Translations under genes and position numbers: made by a program
Assembly (NCBI RefSeq): GCF_963921235.1
Contig: NC_086109.1
Span: 4,900,001 to 4,964,000, forward strand
Origin: Mobula hypostoma
Taxonomy: Eukaryota
Reading direction: 5' to 3'
Length of the DNA stretch: 64,000 nucleotides
Part shown: positions 12,888 through 26,670 of the stretch, in pieces
Position numbering within the stretch: the first letter of the stretch is position 1
Layout of the letters: each line of letters opens with the position of its first letter
The notes under the pieces: model-generated
Seen by the model: the letters and a program-made list of their open reading frames with translations, nothing else
Database searches by the model: none
What the model was told of the DNA's origin: nothing

Positions 12888-14729
12888 TTAAACTTTCTTA
12901 ACTTATTTGTGGTAATATTTTGTTTTATATGTTGTGTGTGATATATATATTGTAGGTGCATCTGGATCATAAGAAATAGGAACAGGAGTAAGCCATTATG
13001 CCCGTCGAGCCTGCTCCACCATGCAATAAGATCATGGCTGATCTGGCCGTGGACTCATCTCCATCTGCTTATCTTTTCCCCATAACCCTTAATTCCCCTA
13101 CTGTGCAAAAATCTATCCCACCATGTCTTAAATATATTTACTCAGATAGTCTCCACTTCTTCATTGGGCAGAGAATTCCACAGAATCACCACACTTTGGG
13201 AAAAGCAGTTCCTCCTCATTTCCATCCTAAATCTACTCCCCCCAAATCTTGAGGCTATGTTCCCTAGTTCTAGTCTCACCTACCAGTGGAAACAACTTTC
13301 CTGCCTCTATCTTATCTATCCTTTCATAATTTTATATGTTTCTATAAGATCTCCAGATGTTTTATAAGATCTCCAGAAGAACGTTGTTTTGGTTGGTTGT
13401 ATTTATGTACAGTCAGATAACAATAAACTTAAACCAGACAGGATAGTGTACATTATGTGTAATACAGTTTCTGAAATTCTTCTCTTTCAATGCTTCCATC
13501 CCATAGACATCATTGGTTCTAAGATGTTCAACAGAGAAGATGTTGCTGTTGACAAATGGCATCTCTCCACAACCCTGATGAGGTTTTCTTTTGCTGGTCC
13601 CTGACCTACCGAACCCAAACATTTCCATCTCATATACAGGTTGAAGATATCTCTACTCCTACATAAACTCCTAGCCACAATGGAAATTAAAAAATAAATT
13701 TGTCTGCCTCTGTGGAGAGGAACAGAGCTTATGTCGGCTTTCATTACAGCCACAATGGAGAGCTGTTTAAATATCAGAAGTTTAACCTTACTTAGAATTT
13801 CAACATTGAAAAAGTCAATAACCTATTAACCTCTTTGCTGAAACCTATTACATTAAACAGCAGATAGCAAGTAAAGTGACTTGATTCCACAATGTTAAGG
13901 ACTTTGGAATGAAGAGCATGGTACGAACAATCCTTGGGCATTGAGGATATAAACATTAGTTATCTAAAAGGTAATTTAAATGTGTTCTGTATGACTCCAT
14001 GACCCACAACTAAATTATCTTTTATTAAATGAAACTCAAAGTCAGTCAGAAGACAAAGTCGAGTTTATTGCCATCTGCACAAGTTTGTGTGCACAGATGC
14101 AATGAAAAATTGCTCGCAGCAGCATCACAAGCATGCAGCATTATATAAGCAACATCCACAAGAAAAACAAATTATACATAAATAATACAAAATTACACAA
14201 GAAAGAGCACATTTAGAAGAAACAAAAAGTCCACTGCAGTGCAAAGTGATGAGGTAGTGATGAGAACTGTGCAGGTTGTTTCGAGAACTGAGTGGTTGAA
14301 GGGACAGTCGCTCCCCTATAAAGCTGGTTTGCTGCACCAAGTGAGCTATTTGAAAGATAATGGCCAGAAGTAGACACGTTCACCACTGCTTGAAGTTTTC
14401 AGCTTTGTTCAGAGCTTTGCTGGGACAATGAAGCAGTCCATGTCTATATGCAACAAAAGTTGGAGAACATTCAGGTTTAAGTGAATATAGGAATAGTTGT
14501 ACAACACAAACACAAAGCATTCAATATCTTTCCTCAAGGTTTAGAGTCACAGAGATGTACAGCACAGAAACTGGTCCTTCAGATCCTAATGTCTATACTG
14601 ACCTTTTTATGCATATTTACACTAGTCTCTTTTCCCCACATCAGGATGAGTTTTGTACTGCCTATTTAAATAAAGTATCTGATTAAATAGCTCTTAAATA
14701 TATGTCTGTTTGTTTATTTACTTACTTAC

Positions 14730-14985
14730 TTATTGAGATACAGTGCTGAATAGGCCCTTTGAGCTATGTCACGCAACAACCCCTGGTTTAACGCTAGCCT
14801 AATCACGGGACAATTTACAATGACTAATTAACTTACCAACCGGTACGTCTTTGGACTGTGGGAGGAAACCGGAGCACCAGGAGGAAACCTATGTGGTCAT
14901 GGGGAGAATGTACAAACACCTTGCAAACAGCAGTGGGAACCGCTGATGCTGTAAAGTGTTGTGCCAACCACTACGCTACTGTGCC
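14730..14985 (-). mobile_element. V-domain tRNA-SINE (HE1-like); further copies at about 12125-12425, 17195-17440, 26860-27030 and 59310-59545 (-)
   Basis: V-domain-like ctttggactgtgggaggaaaccggagcacc..ggaggaaacc...ggggagaatgtacaaac, with a tRNA-like head. Confidence 0.75.
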
Positions 14986-15874
14986 TTCCATAATTGTGTG
15001 AGTCCACCACCTCCTCTATGAATTAATTTATTATGGACTGAGGTACAGTACAAGTCTTGTCTTGCAAACTGCTTGGACAGATCAATTCACTACAATAGTG
15101 CACTAAGGTGGTGTAAGGCAAAACTGTAACAGAATGCAAAATGAAGTGTAGCAGTTACAGGGAAAGCATAGTGTGGATAGACAGTTAAGGTGTAAGGTCG
15201 TAACGAGGAAGATCACTGGGTCAACAGTCCACATCATCATATGAAGGGACCGTTCTAACAGTGTGGTTGGAGTTGTCCTTGAGCCTGGTGCTACATGCTT
15301 TTAAGTTTCTGTATCTTCTGCCCGATGGGAGAGACAGAAGAGAGAATGTGGGATTTGATTATGCTGGCTGCTTTACTGAGGTAGTGAGAAGTGCAGACAG
15401 AGTCCATGGAGAGGAGGCTGGTTTCTGTGATGTGCTGAGCTGGGTCCACAGCTCTCTGCAGTTTCTTGCGGAACCTGCTTGTTCTGGATGTTGACCACTT
15501 TTCATGTAAAAACTTCTCTCTCAGATACCCTCTAAAGCTCATTCCTTTCATCTTATAACAATATGGACGTTTCTGGACTAGCATACAGACCAGAAACTGT
15601 AACAACATTCCCCAGTTACCCTCATTTCAACCTAAAAACCACATGTTTATTCACCTTCAAAAATTTGCACAGAGCTTTCTGGCCAAGGCAGACAGACTTC
15701 ATGTATCTGTCCATCCCCCCCCCCCCCCAATATCACTGGCCAACAGCAGGCCAGCATATGCAGAGGAACACCATCACCTCAACTATAACTTCATTCCTGT
15801 GCTGTTATTGAATCTACCTAGAGATATATCTAACAGGTTTGAAAACATTAAAAAGCATACTGCATGTTTTTAAA

Positions 15875-15988
15875 ATCTGCAGATGCTGGAATTTCAAGAA
15901 ACACACATAAAAGTCGCTGGTGAACGCAGCAGGCCAGACAGCGTCTCTAGGAAAAGGTACAGTCGACGTTTCAGGCCAAGACCCTTCG
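15875..15988 (-). mobile_element. Young PLE tail truncated inside the hammerhead core
   Basis: Minus strand CGAAGGGTCTTGGCCTGAAACGTCGACTG..., near-identical to the 52430-52520 tail; tttaaaa on both flanks. Confidence 0.8.
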
Positions 15989-18900
15989 TTTAAAAAAATT
16001 TTGAAAAAATACAAAGCCAACATGCCAGCCGACAGCTTTACACTGTGCAGCTGCTGGGGTACGCCTCTCTATTCAAAGCCTACCTGGGAGGTCAAACATT
16101 TCTCATACATTAACCCTTTCATTCTAGAATAATTCTTATGCGCCATCTCTGGACTCTCTCCAATGCCAATGCCTTATAAAGACTCAGCATTACATCCTTG
16201 CTTTTATATTCTAGACCTCTCAAAGTGAATGCTAGCATTGCATTCGCCTCCCTTACTACCGACTCAATCTGCAAATTAACCTTCAGGAAATCCTGCACGT
16301 GGACTCCTGTCCATCTGCACCTCTGATTTTTGAATTTTATCCACATTTAGAAAATAATCTATGCCTTTATTCCTTTGACCAACATGCCTAAGTAGACACT
16401 TCTCCACACTGCATTCTATCTGCCACTTCTTTGCCTATTCTCCCTGCTTCCTCAACACCCATCTTTGTGTTGTGCACAAACTTGGCCACTAATGTGAAAA
16501 GCAGTGGTCCCAACACAGAGCCCTGCATAACTACACTAGGCATTAGCAGCCAACCCGAAAAAGCCCTCTTTGTTCCCGCTCTTCAGTGACCTTTCTGCTG
16601 CTCCCTCACCAGTACCTGTACCCGTGACAAGTTCCACATAAACACAATGGAGGGGGGACCAATGGAAGTGAATAACTATGACCAATATTCCAAAAATAAA
16701 ATAATACTCAATCGAAGAGACAAAAATACAGGGTGAAAATTTAAAAAGCTGAGAACCTAGAGCAAGGGGCAATTGTCACTTCCCACAGCCTGCCAGTTTA
16801 ATTCTCTGTCTCTCAACAACTAACCTATGATCTATGTATGTTTACAGTGAGGTACAGTGTAAACCTGAGGATCAACTTATCTTCCATCTCAGCACATGGC
16901 AGCCACCTGGAATCAGTACTAAAATGATTTCAGGGAACTTGATTTTGCTGGATGTATCAGTGGTCCATATGTGATATCACCTCAAATTACCTTTTTTCTA
17001 TTTTTGGATTTTCCCTCATGAAATAGAGGACCTGACCTGCCCAGCGGATCTTCCTACTCTGCCTTTTATAACTCCCACATTCTTGTGTCTAAACTGTTCC
17101 CATTCACTTGCTTACAGTTCATTCAACAGTCAGCTGAGATTTATACTATCAGAAATATTCCATTCCCTCACCCTCACTACAGCATAACACACTTTATTTA
17201 TTTATTGAGATACAGCGTGGAATCCAGCCGTGCTGCCCAGCAACCCACTGATTTAATCCTAGCCTAATCGTGGGACAATTTACAATGACTGATTAACCTG
17301 TGGGACAGTGGGAGGAAACCAGAATGCCCGAAGAAAACGGACACACTCATGGGGAGAATGTACAAACTCCTTACAGGCACAGGAGGAATTGAACCTGGAT
17401 CGCCTGTTCAGTAATGCATTGTGCTAACCACTATGTTATCCTACCTGACCTAATGAGTACTTACTTCAAGATCTGAATTTATTTTAGATATCAATATAGC
17501 ACTGGGAAAGTGGTTGATGGATCACAGTTTGGTATGGCAACCACTCTGCCTGAGGTCACAGAAATGCAGATAGTAGTGAACACAATCCAGTCTATCACAC
17601 AAACCAGCCTCTCCTCTGCTGCCTCAGTCTACACTTTCCACTGCCTCAGTAAAGCAGCAAAGATAATCAAGGACCCCTTCTAACCCATCATTGTCTTTTT
17701 TGCTTCAATCTCACTGTTATCAGACTCTTGAACAGACTGAACAACTCTCGATCAACTATGAAATGGCCTTGACTTTGTCTCCCAGTGCCGCACTTTCTCT
17801 GTAACTGCAACAAGATATTTTGCATTATGTGTTCTTTTACTAACTTGATGTTATTATGTTTGGCATAATTTGTCTGGTTGGCACATAAATCAAAAGCTTT
17901 TCACTGTATCTCATTGCATGTATCATAATAAATCAATATCAATAAAGATGGTTCTAGTGAGGTCGTTTACATCGCAAAGTTCTTCTTTTGAATCACATCC
18001 AAGCTTTTTAATATTTAATGAAATGCAATGAACATATTAACTAACTTTAAAAGATAAAAACATAACTAGGGGACAATTGTGTAAGACAATGTGCAATAAG
18101 ATGCCAGTAGCAAGACAAAAGCAGTAAAATAGCTCCTTTGTGAAGCAAACTCTGGGAGAGAGCTCTTATAGATGTGGGGCATTAAGACATTGCTTAAGAA
18201 AAGTGAAAGTTTTCTGACTGAGAACTTTGTAACATATCTTTGTCGTTATGATTTCTCTCTATTTTCTCAAATTAGCAAATTGTTTTCACACCTTACTTAA
18301 AAGTACTAAATTTCTAAAGTGATATTTAAATGGAAGTATTCTGGCCTCTAATTACTTACATCTTCTATTTACATGCAGCATCTTATTTTTCTTCATGTTC
18401 AGAATCTTCGTAATTTTATCTGAATTCTTCTTTCAGAGAGATGTGAATATTTTCCTTGACAGCAAAGACACGACAGGAGAAAATTCAGAGCTGTTTTACT
18501 GACAATCTAGGACTTTACATGTATTAATATAGGAGTAAGGAGCTTCACAATTAAAGACGACATTCTCAGGGAGTGAAGCAAATTCATACTCACTTGGATG
18601 CTGAAAATGAAAGACCCCGCTGACACATGTTCACTGTTCAGAGCATCCAGGTGTGCTGTGAAAGAGCTTTGACAGTTTTGCTGCTGATGGTAGCTACAGG
18701 TTCACTGAGACTTGTTCTCATCAATAAAATGCAGCTGGCCTCTGCATCTTAGTCTCTTCCAAATCACCTATACTGCTATGATATACCACAGATCTTCTTT
18801 AACACAAAAGATTTGCAGTTGCTGGAAATCCAGAGCAACACACACACAATGCTGGAGGAACTCAACAGGTCAGCAGCATTTAAGGACAGTCCATATTTTG

Positions 18901-21194
18901 GGCCGGGACCCTTTATCAGAACCGAAAAGGGTCTCTGTTCAAAAATATCATCTTACTTACAATAAGCTGACAAGGCCTATAGTTTATGAACTTCGGAACA
19001 ACAGTAAGTAACACCACTGAAACGTGCACATCCTGAAGAAGGGTCTCAGTTACTACCCCTCAACTATCAGGCTCCTAAACAAAAGGGGATAACTGCACCC
19101 ATTCTATTTCTGGTGTTCCAACAACTGATGGATGGTTTCACTTTAAGGACTCTTTATCTTGTTATTTCGTGCTCTCGTTATGCATTGCTATTTACTTATA
19201 TTTTGTATTTGTTTGTTATTCATTGATCCTGTTTACAGTTACTGTTCTATAGATTTACTCAGTATGCTCATAGGAAAAGGAATCTCATGCGTGATGACAC
19301 GCCAGTACACTGATAATAAATTTTACTTTCAACTTTGAAACAGTGAATTACAGCAAGTATCTATACATTAAATTGTTCAATTAAATAAGTAGTGCAAAAA
19401 TAGAAATAAAAAAAAGTAGTGAGGTAATGTTCATGAGTACAACATCTATTCAGAAGTCAGAAAGTAGAGGGGAAGAAGCTGTTCCTAAATCGTCCAGCGT
19501 GTGCCTTCAGGCTTCTGCACCTCCTTCCTGATGGAGCAATGAGAACAAGGCATGACCTGAGTGATGGGGGTGGGGGTGGGGGGTCCTTAATGATGGATGC
19601 TGCCTTTATGACACATCGCTGCTTGAAGATGTCCTGGATTAATGGAGGCTAGAGCCCCTGTAACTGTAACAAAAACCAATTTCCCCCGGGATTAATAAAG
19701 TATGACTATGACGAAGCTACGTTGCAACTTCACTCAGCTGGTTTTGTTTCTAGGTTTGCTTGGTACTGTCCTTGGCATACCCCCTGCACCCTTCGTAACA
19801 ATATAGTGAGGATGATGCTGAACCTCCAGCTGTTAGCTGTTTCTCCCCAGCAACATTCCTAATGAGATGTGACAGAACCGCAAAACTTTGAACTGACGTA
19901 CTGATTGAGCGATCACGGGGTTCAGAATCAGGTTTAATATCACTGACGTATGTTGTGAAAGTTGCGTTTGCGGCAGCAGTGCAATGCAATACATAATAAT
20001 AGAATAATATTACAAGAATGTGGTGATGCACATTCCCACTGCAGATGATTGCCCAGTTTTGAGTTGCTGCCTTTGATCTGAGTTTGTCTCAAATCTCTCA
20101 AGAGCAGTGCCAAACAACAAGACGAGTGGCGTCCCAATATGACCCCGGGATTTGCTACTTATAAGGACTCTGAGTCGGTCATTTCTATCAAAGCAATTTT
20201 GGACAGATGTACTTGTCACGGGTACGTTAGCCAGGACAAGGTTAAAACTAGCCCTTATGTTGGTTAACTCAATACATCTGCTACAGACCCAGTACACATG
20301 GCATTCTGTTCTCGAAAACACCAATGCCCAAGAATGGAAAAGCCTACAAAAAATAGTGGATACCCAGTTCATCACAGACAAAGCCCACCCCACCACTCAG
20401 CACATCCATGAGGAATGCTGTCACAAGAAAGTAGCATCTATCATCAGGGACATCCACTATCCCGGCCCTGCTCTCATCTTGCTGCTGCTACTGGGAAGGA
20501 GATACAGAAGCCTTGGGTCCCACACTACCAGGTTCAGGAAAGTTATTACCCCTCAACCATCAGTAGAGTTGAGGGGTAATAACGCCAAGACCAGAGGGCC
20601 CAACCTCAGAATAGAGGGGCATCATTTTGGAACAGAGATGAGGAGGAATTTCTTTAGCCAGAGAGTGGTGAATCTGTGGAATTCATTGCTACTGGTGGAG
20701 GTGAAGTCATTGGGTATATTTAAGGCAGAGGTTGATAGATTTCTTGATTAGTCAGGACATGAAGGGATACGTAGAGAAGACAGGAGTTTGGGGCAGAGAA
20801 GAAAGTTGATCAGCCAGATGAAATGGTGGAGCAGACTTGATGGGACCAAATAGCCCAAGTCTGCTCCTACATCTCACGATGGTTAACTTCACTCATCGCA
20901 ATGCTGAATTGACTCCACAACCTGCAGATTCACTTCCAACACTACAACTGACATTCTCAGTGTTATTTGTTTACTTATTTATGTTTTTTTAAATTTGCAC
21001 AATTTGTCTTCCTTTCAGTATTTGTGTGTAGTTTTCCCATTGATTTGTACTTCTTTGTCCTAATGTGAATGTCAGCAAAAAAAAGAATTCAAGGTAGCAT
21101 ATGAGACATATATGTATGTTTAATTTGAACTTTTGACTGGGGAGAGGTCAAAAGTTTAAGACTCCAGCAACTAGGCTGTGTATTAAGTTCCTCC

Positions 21195-21706
21195 TCTACC
21201 TAATAAAGTGGGCTTCTGCTGTTGTGGCCCATCTACTTCAGGATTTGATGTGTTGAGTGTTCAGGGATGCTCCTCTGCACACCCCCGTCATAATGCGTGG
21301 TTACTTAAGTTGCTGTCACCTTCCTGTCAGATTCAACCAGTCTGGTCATTCTTTTCTGACCTCTCTCATTAACGAGACATTTTCACCCACAGAACTTCCA
21401 CTCAGTGGATTTTTTGTTTTTGATTTTTGCACCATTCTCTGTAAACTCTAGAGGCTACTGTGTGCTAAAATCCCAGGAGGTTAGCAGCTTCTGAGATACT
21501 CAAACCACCCCATCTGGCACCAATAATCATTCCGAGGTCAAAGACACTTAGATTATATTTCCTTCCCATTCTGATGTTTGGTCTGAACAACAGCTGAACC
21601 TCATGTCCATATCTGTGGGCTTTTATTCATTGAGTTGCTGCCATGAGTGGCTGATTAGAAATTTGCATCAATGAGCAGGTGTACCTAATAGAACAGCCAG
21701 TGAGTA
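21195..21706. mobile_element. Tc1-like non-autonomous DNA transposon relic
   Basis: Ends in gcaggtgtacctaatagaacagccagtgag-TA, with a similar tacctaataaagtgg motif at the left end. Confidence 0.5.
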
Positions 21707-22324
21707 CATAAGTATTTCTAAGTATTTTGAAGGGTTGTGGCTCTACCAGTTTCTTTCAGTTTGTGTGTTCTCCACAAAGTGAAAATACTGCAATGTGTCC
21801 CTATAAATCTTTAACCAATTACTTGAAACCTATGTCCTAAACTTCACCCTCTCCACTAAGGTAACTGGGCCTTTCCTAATTTATCCTATTTGGTCTCAGT
21901 GTAATATTGAAGAAAACCTTCTTGTTATATAACTAGGATCAACTTTTCTTTAAGCTGTATTGACATGAAATTGCAAAGTTTTAACAGTGTTTTATCCAGG
22001 GTTGGTGAGGGGAGAGAGGAACGAGAGATAAAAACAAGAGATTTTGCAGATATTGGAAATACAGAGTAATAAATACAAGGTGTTGGAAGAACTCAGCAGG
22101 TCAGGCAGCATCTATGGATAGGAATGTACTCTGGTCTAGACTACTGAGACCTTAAAAAGAGAACATTAAAATTAATTCTAAAAGATACAGGAAGCCAATG
22201 GAGAGTGGCTCAGACTAGTATTAAGATTACAAAAGTAATGGGATATTGAGGAATCCCAGTGTACGGACCTAAAGATCCCTGAAAGTGAATTTTGGATACA
22301 ATTTCAGAGTAACACAGAGTAATG

Positions 22325-22760
22325 ATGGAGGAACTCGTCAAGTCAGGCAGTATGTATGGAGGGAAACAAACAGTCGATGTTTTGGGTCGGGGCCCTTCAT
22401 CAGAACTGGCAAGGAAGGGAGAAGGCAGAATAAGATGTTGGGGGGGGGGGGAGGGGAGGGGAGGGGAAGAATTTCAAGCTGAAAGCTGACAGGGTGAAGC
22501 CAGGTGAGGGGGAAGGGAGGTAGGTGGGGGAAAGGGATTGAGTGAGAAACTGGTACGCGATAGATGAAAAGAGTAAACAGCTGAAGGAGGACTGACAGGA
22601 GAGGAGAGGGGACCACAGGGGAAATGGAAGGAGGGCATCAGAGGGAGGTGTTAATTGGCCTTGTTGCAACATGCTCAAAATGCAGGAGGAACTCAGCAAG
22701 TCAAGCATCTATGGAGAGGAATAAGCAGCCAAAGCTTCAAACGAGACCCTACATCAGGGG
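22325..22760 (-). mobile_element. Tandem PLE 3' UTR and tail fragments
   Basis: Purine-rich UTR and two tails; hammerhead-like motif 22371-22408. Confidence 0.75.
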
Positions 22761-24974
22761 TGTTCAGTATTGAGGAAGGTACATTAACAACATTTAAAAG
22801 CACTTTAACAAGTACATGGACACAAGTGGTTCAGAGTGATACAAGTGAAATGAGACTAAATGGTCATCTCGGTTGTCATGAACCTCTTGTGCTGAAGGGC
22901 CTGCTTGGTTTCCTTTTCATCTGCTACTCCATATCTGCTAATTGACCGCTGGTTACCGCGTTCTTATGGATTAACATTCAAAGTAAATTTATTATCAAAG
23001 TCCATACATGTCACCATATACAACACTGAGATTCAGTTTCCTGTGGGCACACAAGCAAATGCATAGAATAGTAATTATAGCAGCATCCCTCCAAGAGGAC
23101 CACAACCTTGTCATACCTCAATGACCTGGAGAGCTATGTTGGCTGGAGCCAGGGCTTTATACTTTAGCTCTTGGTAGGGTCACCCACGCCAAACAGGCCA
23201 AAGGGTAGAGGCCAGACTAAGGGTGGTCCACCGGTCCTCCAGATTCAGGAGTTCAGCTCTGGGCTAACAACCCTAACTAGTCAAATAAAACTGTTATGTA
23301 AGCAGCAATGAAGAATCCTTCTACATCTGAGTGACTGACAGTAGTGAAAACTGAGAGGAAACTACCGACATGCTGAAGGAAGCCCTGAACACTGCCAGAG
23401 ATGGAGGACCTTCACTGCTGCTCTAAACGCCAGCATTGTAAAGGGCAGTGAGGAGATAACACGATCAATGAAAGATCAACCAAAGTGCAGAAGACAACAT
23501 CCGTGCAAATGCAAATATAAATAAATAGCAATAAATAACGAGAACATGAGATAAAGATTCCTTAAAGTGAGTCCACCCAGGTCATGCTCTCTCCTCACTG
23601 CTGCCGTCAGAAAGAAGGTACAAGAGCTTCAGGACACACACCACTTCAAGAATAGTTCCTACCCCTCAACCATCAGGCTCCTGAATAGAAGGGGATAGCT
23701 TCACTCATATACCTCATTATTGAAATGTTCATACAACCAGTCATACAGCACAAGTTAGAGCCCACTCAGCCCAGCTCATCCATACAAACTGTAATGCCTA
23801 CTTATGCTAATAGATAAAAACCGCCGAGATGATTATCGGCGCCTCCCTTCCCCTATTTGTGACATTTACCATGAGCGTTGTATACAATGGGCCTGAAGTA
23901 TTGTTGAGGATCCTTACTGCTCATACCACAGTGTCTGCCTCATACCATCAGGACTAGGACTGCCAGACTGGGTAACAACTTTTTCCCTCAGGCTGCGAGA
24001 CTGATGAATCACCACATCACCACTGAGGTCTCGTCGCTCCAATGAGCTGTTATTGTTTACCATAATGTTTAGTGTTTACTTGTGCTGTGCACAACATGCA
24101 CACTGTATTATATTTTATTAACTTATTTATGGTAATATTTCGATTTCTGTGCTGTATGTGATACATGTTTTATGGGTGCACTGTGGTCCAGAGGAATGTT
24201 GTTTCATTTGTTTGTACACAGATGACAATAAACTTGAACTTGATTTGTCCACCTCAGTGCCTCTCCTACCCAAGTACCTGTTCAAACTCCAATTTAACAT
24301 TGTAATTGTACCTGCTTCCACCACCTCCTCCTCTGGCAGCTCATTCCAAATGTTCACTAACCTGTGTGTGAAAAACATACGCTTAGACCTTCACCTGTCT
24401 CTCATATTATGCCACCTCACCATTCCGCAGAGAGTTCTGACTTGTCAATGTCCTCAGGGAGGTTCTACAAATCTGCAGTGTGGCCCTGCCTAAACACCAG
24501 AATTGTGCTCCTCCCTCCTGATTAATCAAGTACACAAACATCTGCTGCAGGAACTTAACAGGTCAGGCAGCATCTGCGGGAGAAAAGAAATTGTCAACAT
24601 CTCCTTAAAACTCTGCATCAGTCCCCTCTTTATCCTTCTGAACCCCACCACACACTCCTCCTAAGTCAACCACTCATTCATCCTTGTAAACCTTCTCTGG
24701 AGTCTCTTCAGGGCCAACATATCCTCCTTAAGACATAGGACCCAAAATATCTAACAATATTCCAGCTGCAGTCTGAACAATTCCTTTAAACAATATCCAT
24801 TAACTTTTATGTCAACTGCAAAATTACCAACTTTTCCTTCCATATTCATATCCAGATTGTTGATGGACATCAAGGGCCCCAGCATCCATGCCTGCGGTAC
24901 ACCACCGGTTACGGGTTTCCATTCACAGGAAAAAAAAACCTTCACTATCACCTTCTCCTCCTATTACTACTAAT

Positions 24975-25390
24975 AACACCTTATTATTGATCACTTTCCA
25001 TACAGATGTCGTTCAAAGTGCTTTACAATGGATAAAATGCAAACATGAAAATGAAAGACAAAAATATGTGAGTTAAAAGCAAGGTTAAATGAATAGGTTT
25101 TGAGCTGGAGTTTAAAGGCGTCAACTGAGTCTGCATCCCTTACAGTTTTAGGCTATTGAGTTCCACAGTTTAGGAGCGCAGTTCAAAAAAGCTGACCTGC
25201 CAATTATCTTTTGAGGGAAATTGTTTAAATTTAAGAGACCAGCAGAAGACCACCTGAAAGCTTGAGCAGGCTTATAAAATGAAAGTGATTCTGTGATATA
25301 CTGCAGTCTCAGACTATTAAGAGCTTTAAGCAAGAGAACCTTAAAATCAATTCTAAAAGATACAAGAAACCAATGCAGAGTAGCTAGAGA
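24975..25390 (-). mobile_element. L2-clade LINE 3' fragment
   Basis: LATLHWFLVSFRIDFKVLLL...GRSAF...APKLWNS, the L2 ORF2 C-terminal signature. Confidence 0.75.
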
Positions 25391-26221
25391 AGCCAATTAT
25401 AGAAATAATGGGATATTGAGGAATCCCGGCGTACAGATCCAAGGATTCCTGAAGGTGAATTTAGGAGTAACACACTCAAAATGCTGGAGAAACTTAACAT
25501 GTCAGGCAGCATCTATGGAGAGGAATGACCAGTCAATGTTTCAGAATGAGAGACTTCATCAGGACTGGAAAGCAATTTATCAACTTTCTCTGGGTCCCAT
25601 GGGCTCTAATTGTTTGGATCTTCTCCATGTAAGACCTTATCCAAAGCCTACTGAAGTCAATCTAGACCACATCAACTGTACTGTTCTCATTAGTACAGCT
25701 TGTTATCGTTTCAAAAATGTCACTCAAATTGATCACAAGGATATCCTCCGAACTAAACAATGCTAGCTATCTTTTTGCAATCCAAGCGTAGATTAATTCT
25801 GTCCCTCAGAAACTTTTTCCAATAACTTTCCTATCACTGGTGTTAGATCCACAAGCCTAAAATTACCAGGCTTATTACTGCATCCCTTCTTGAATAACAA
25901 TAAGACTTGTCACCTTCCAGTCACTTGGCAGCTCACTCCACGGCCAGCTGAGATTTAAAAATCTGTTAGAGCTAGAGCAATCTCCTCCTACAGAAGTCTG
26001 GGCCATTTCTCATCAGGCCACGGGGCTGATCCACTTTTAAGTATGCTAAGACATTTAATACGCCCTCCTGTTTAAATGCTTTTTTTAGAAAGAGCTGTTC
26101 CTTAATCGTGTTAATGTGCTGGAACTATACCCAGCTACCATTCCTATTAACAAAAACATTGGCCAAAACAGACAGAAAGAGAATAAAGTCAACTACAACT
26201 TTAATTGCACTTGTTGCTAAG

Positions 26222-26670
26222 TGCACCAAAATGCTGAAGGAACCCAACAGGTCAGGCAGCATGTATGGAAGGAAATGAACAGTTGATGTTTCAGGTTGAG
26301 ACCTTTCATCAGGACTGGCAAGGAGGGGGGCAGAAGCTAGGACAGAAGTTGGAGGGGGGGGAAGGAGCTCAAGCTGGAAGGTGACAGGTGAAACCAGGTG
26401 AGGGGGGACAGGTGGGTGGGGGGGAAATGGGATGAAGTGAGAAACTAAGAGGTGATCGGTGGAAAAGGTAAAGAGCTGAAGAAGGAATCTGACAAGAGAG
26501 TGGACCATGGGGGAAATGGAAGGGAGGCACCAGGGGAGGTGATAATTGGGCTTGTTGCTACATGCTCAAAATGCCAGAGGAACTTAGCAAATCAGGCAGT
26601 ATCTACAGAAGGGAATAAACAATTGACATATTGGGCCAAAACCCTTCATCAGAATTGGACAGGAAGGGGG
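26222..26670 (-). mobile_element. Tandem PLE 3' UTR and tail fragments
   Basis: Same layout as 22325-22760; hammerhead-like motifs at 26280-26317 and about 26620-26657. Confidence 0.75.

Noticed and set aside
20152..20751. 199-aa ORF as a novel gene
   Set aside because: A chance in-frame fusion of unique DNA, a Rex fragment and a CR1 fragment.
23085..23452. HDV-like ribozyme in RTE-like short repeats here and at about 48290-48675
   Set aside because: They look like RTE-derived non-autonomous repeats, but I could not fold a nested double pseudoknot by eye; a descriptor search is needed.
26280..26317. AGGT/ACCT stem II as proof of covariation in the hammerhead
   Set aside because: The changes are also explained by CpG deamination and chance, so they are not independent evidence.
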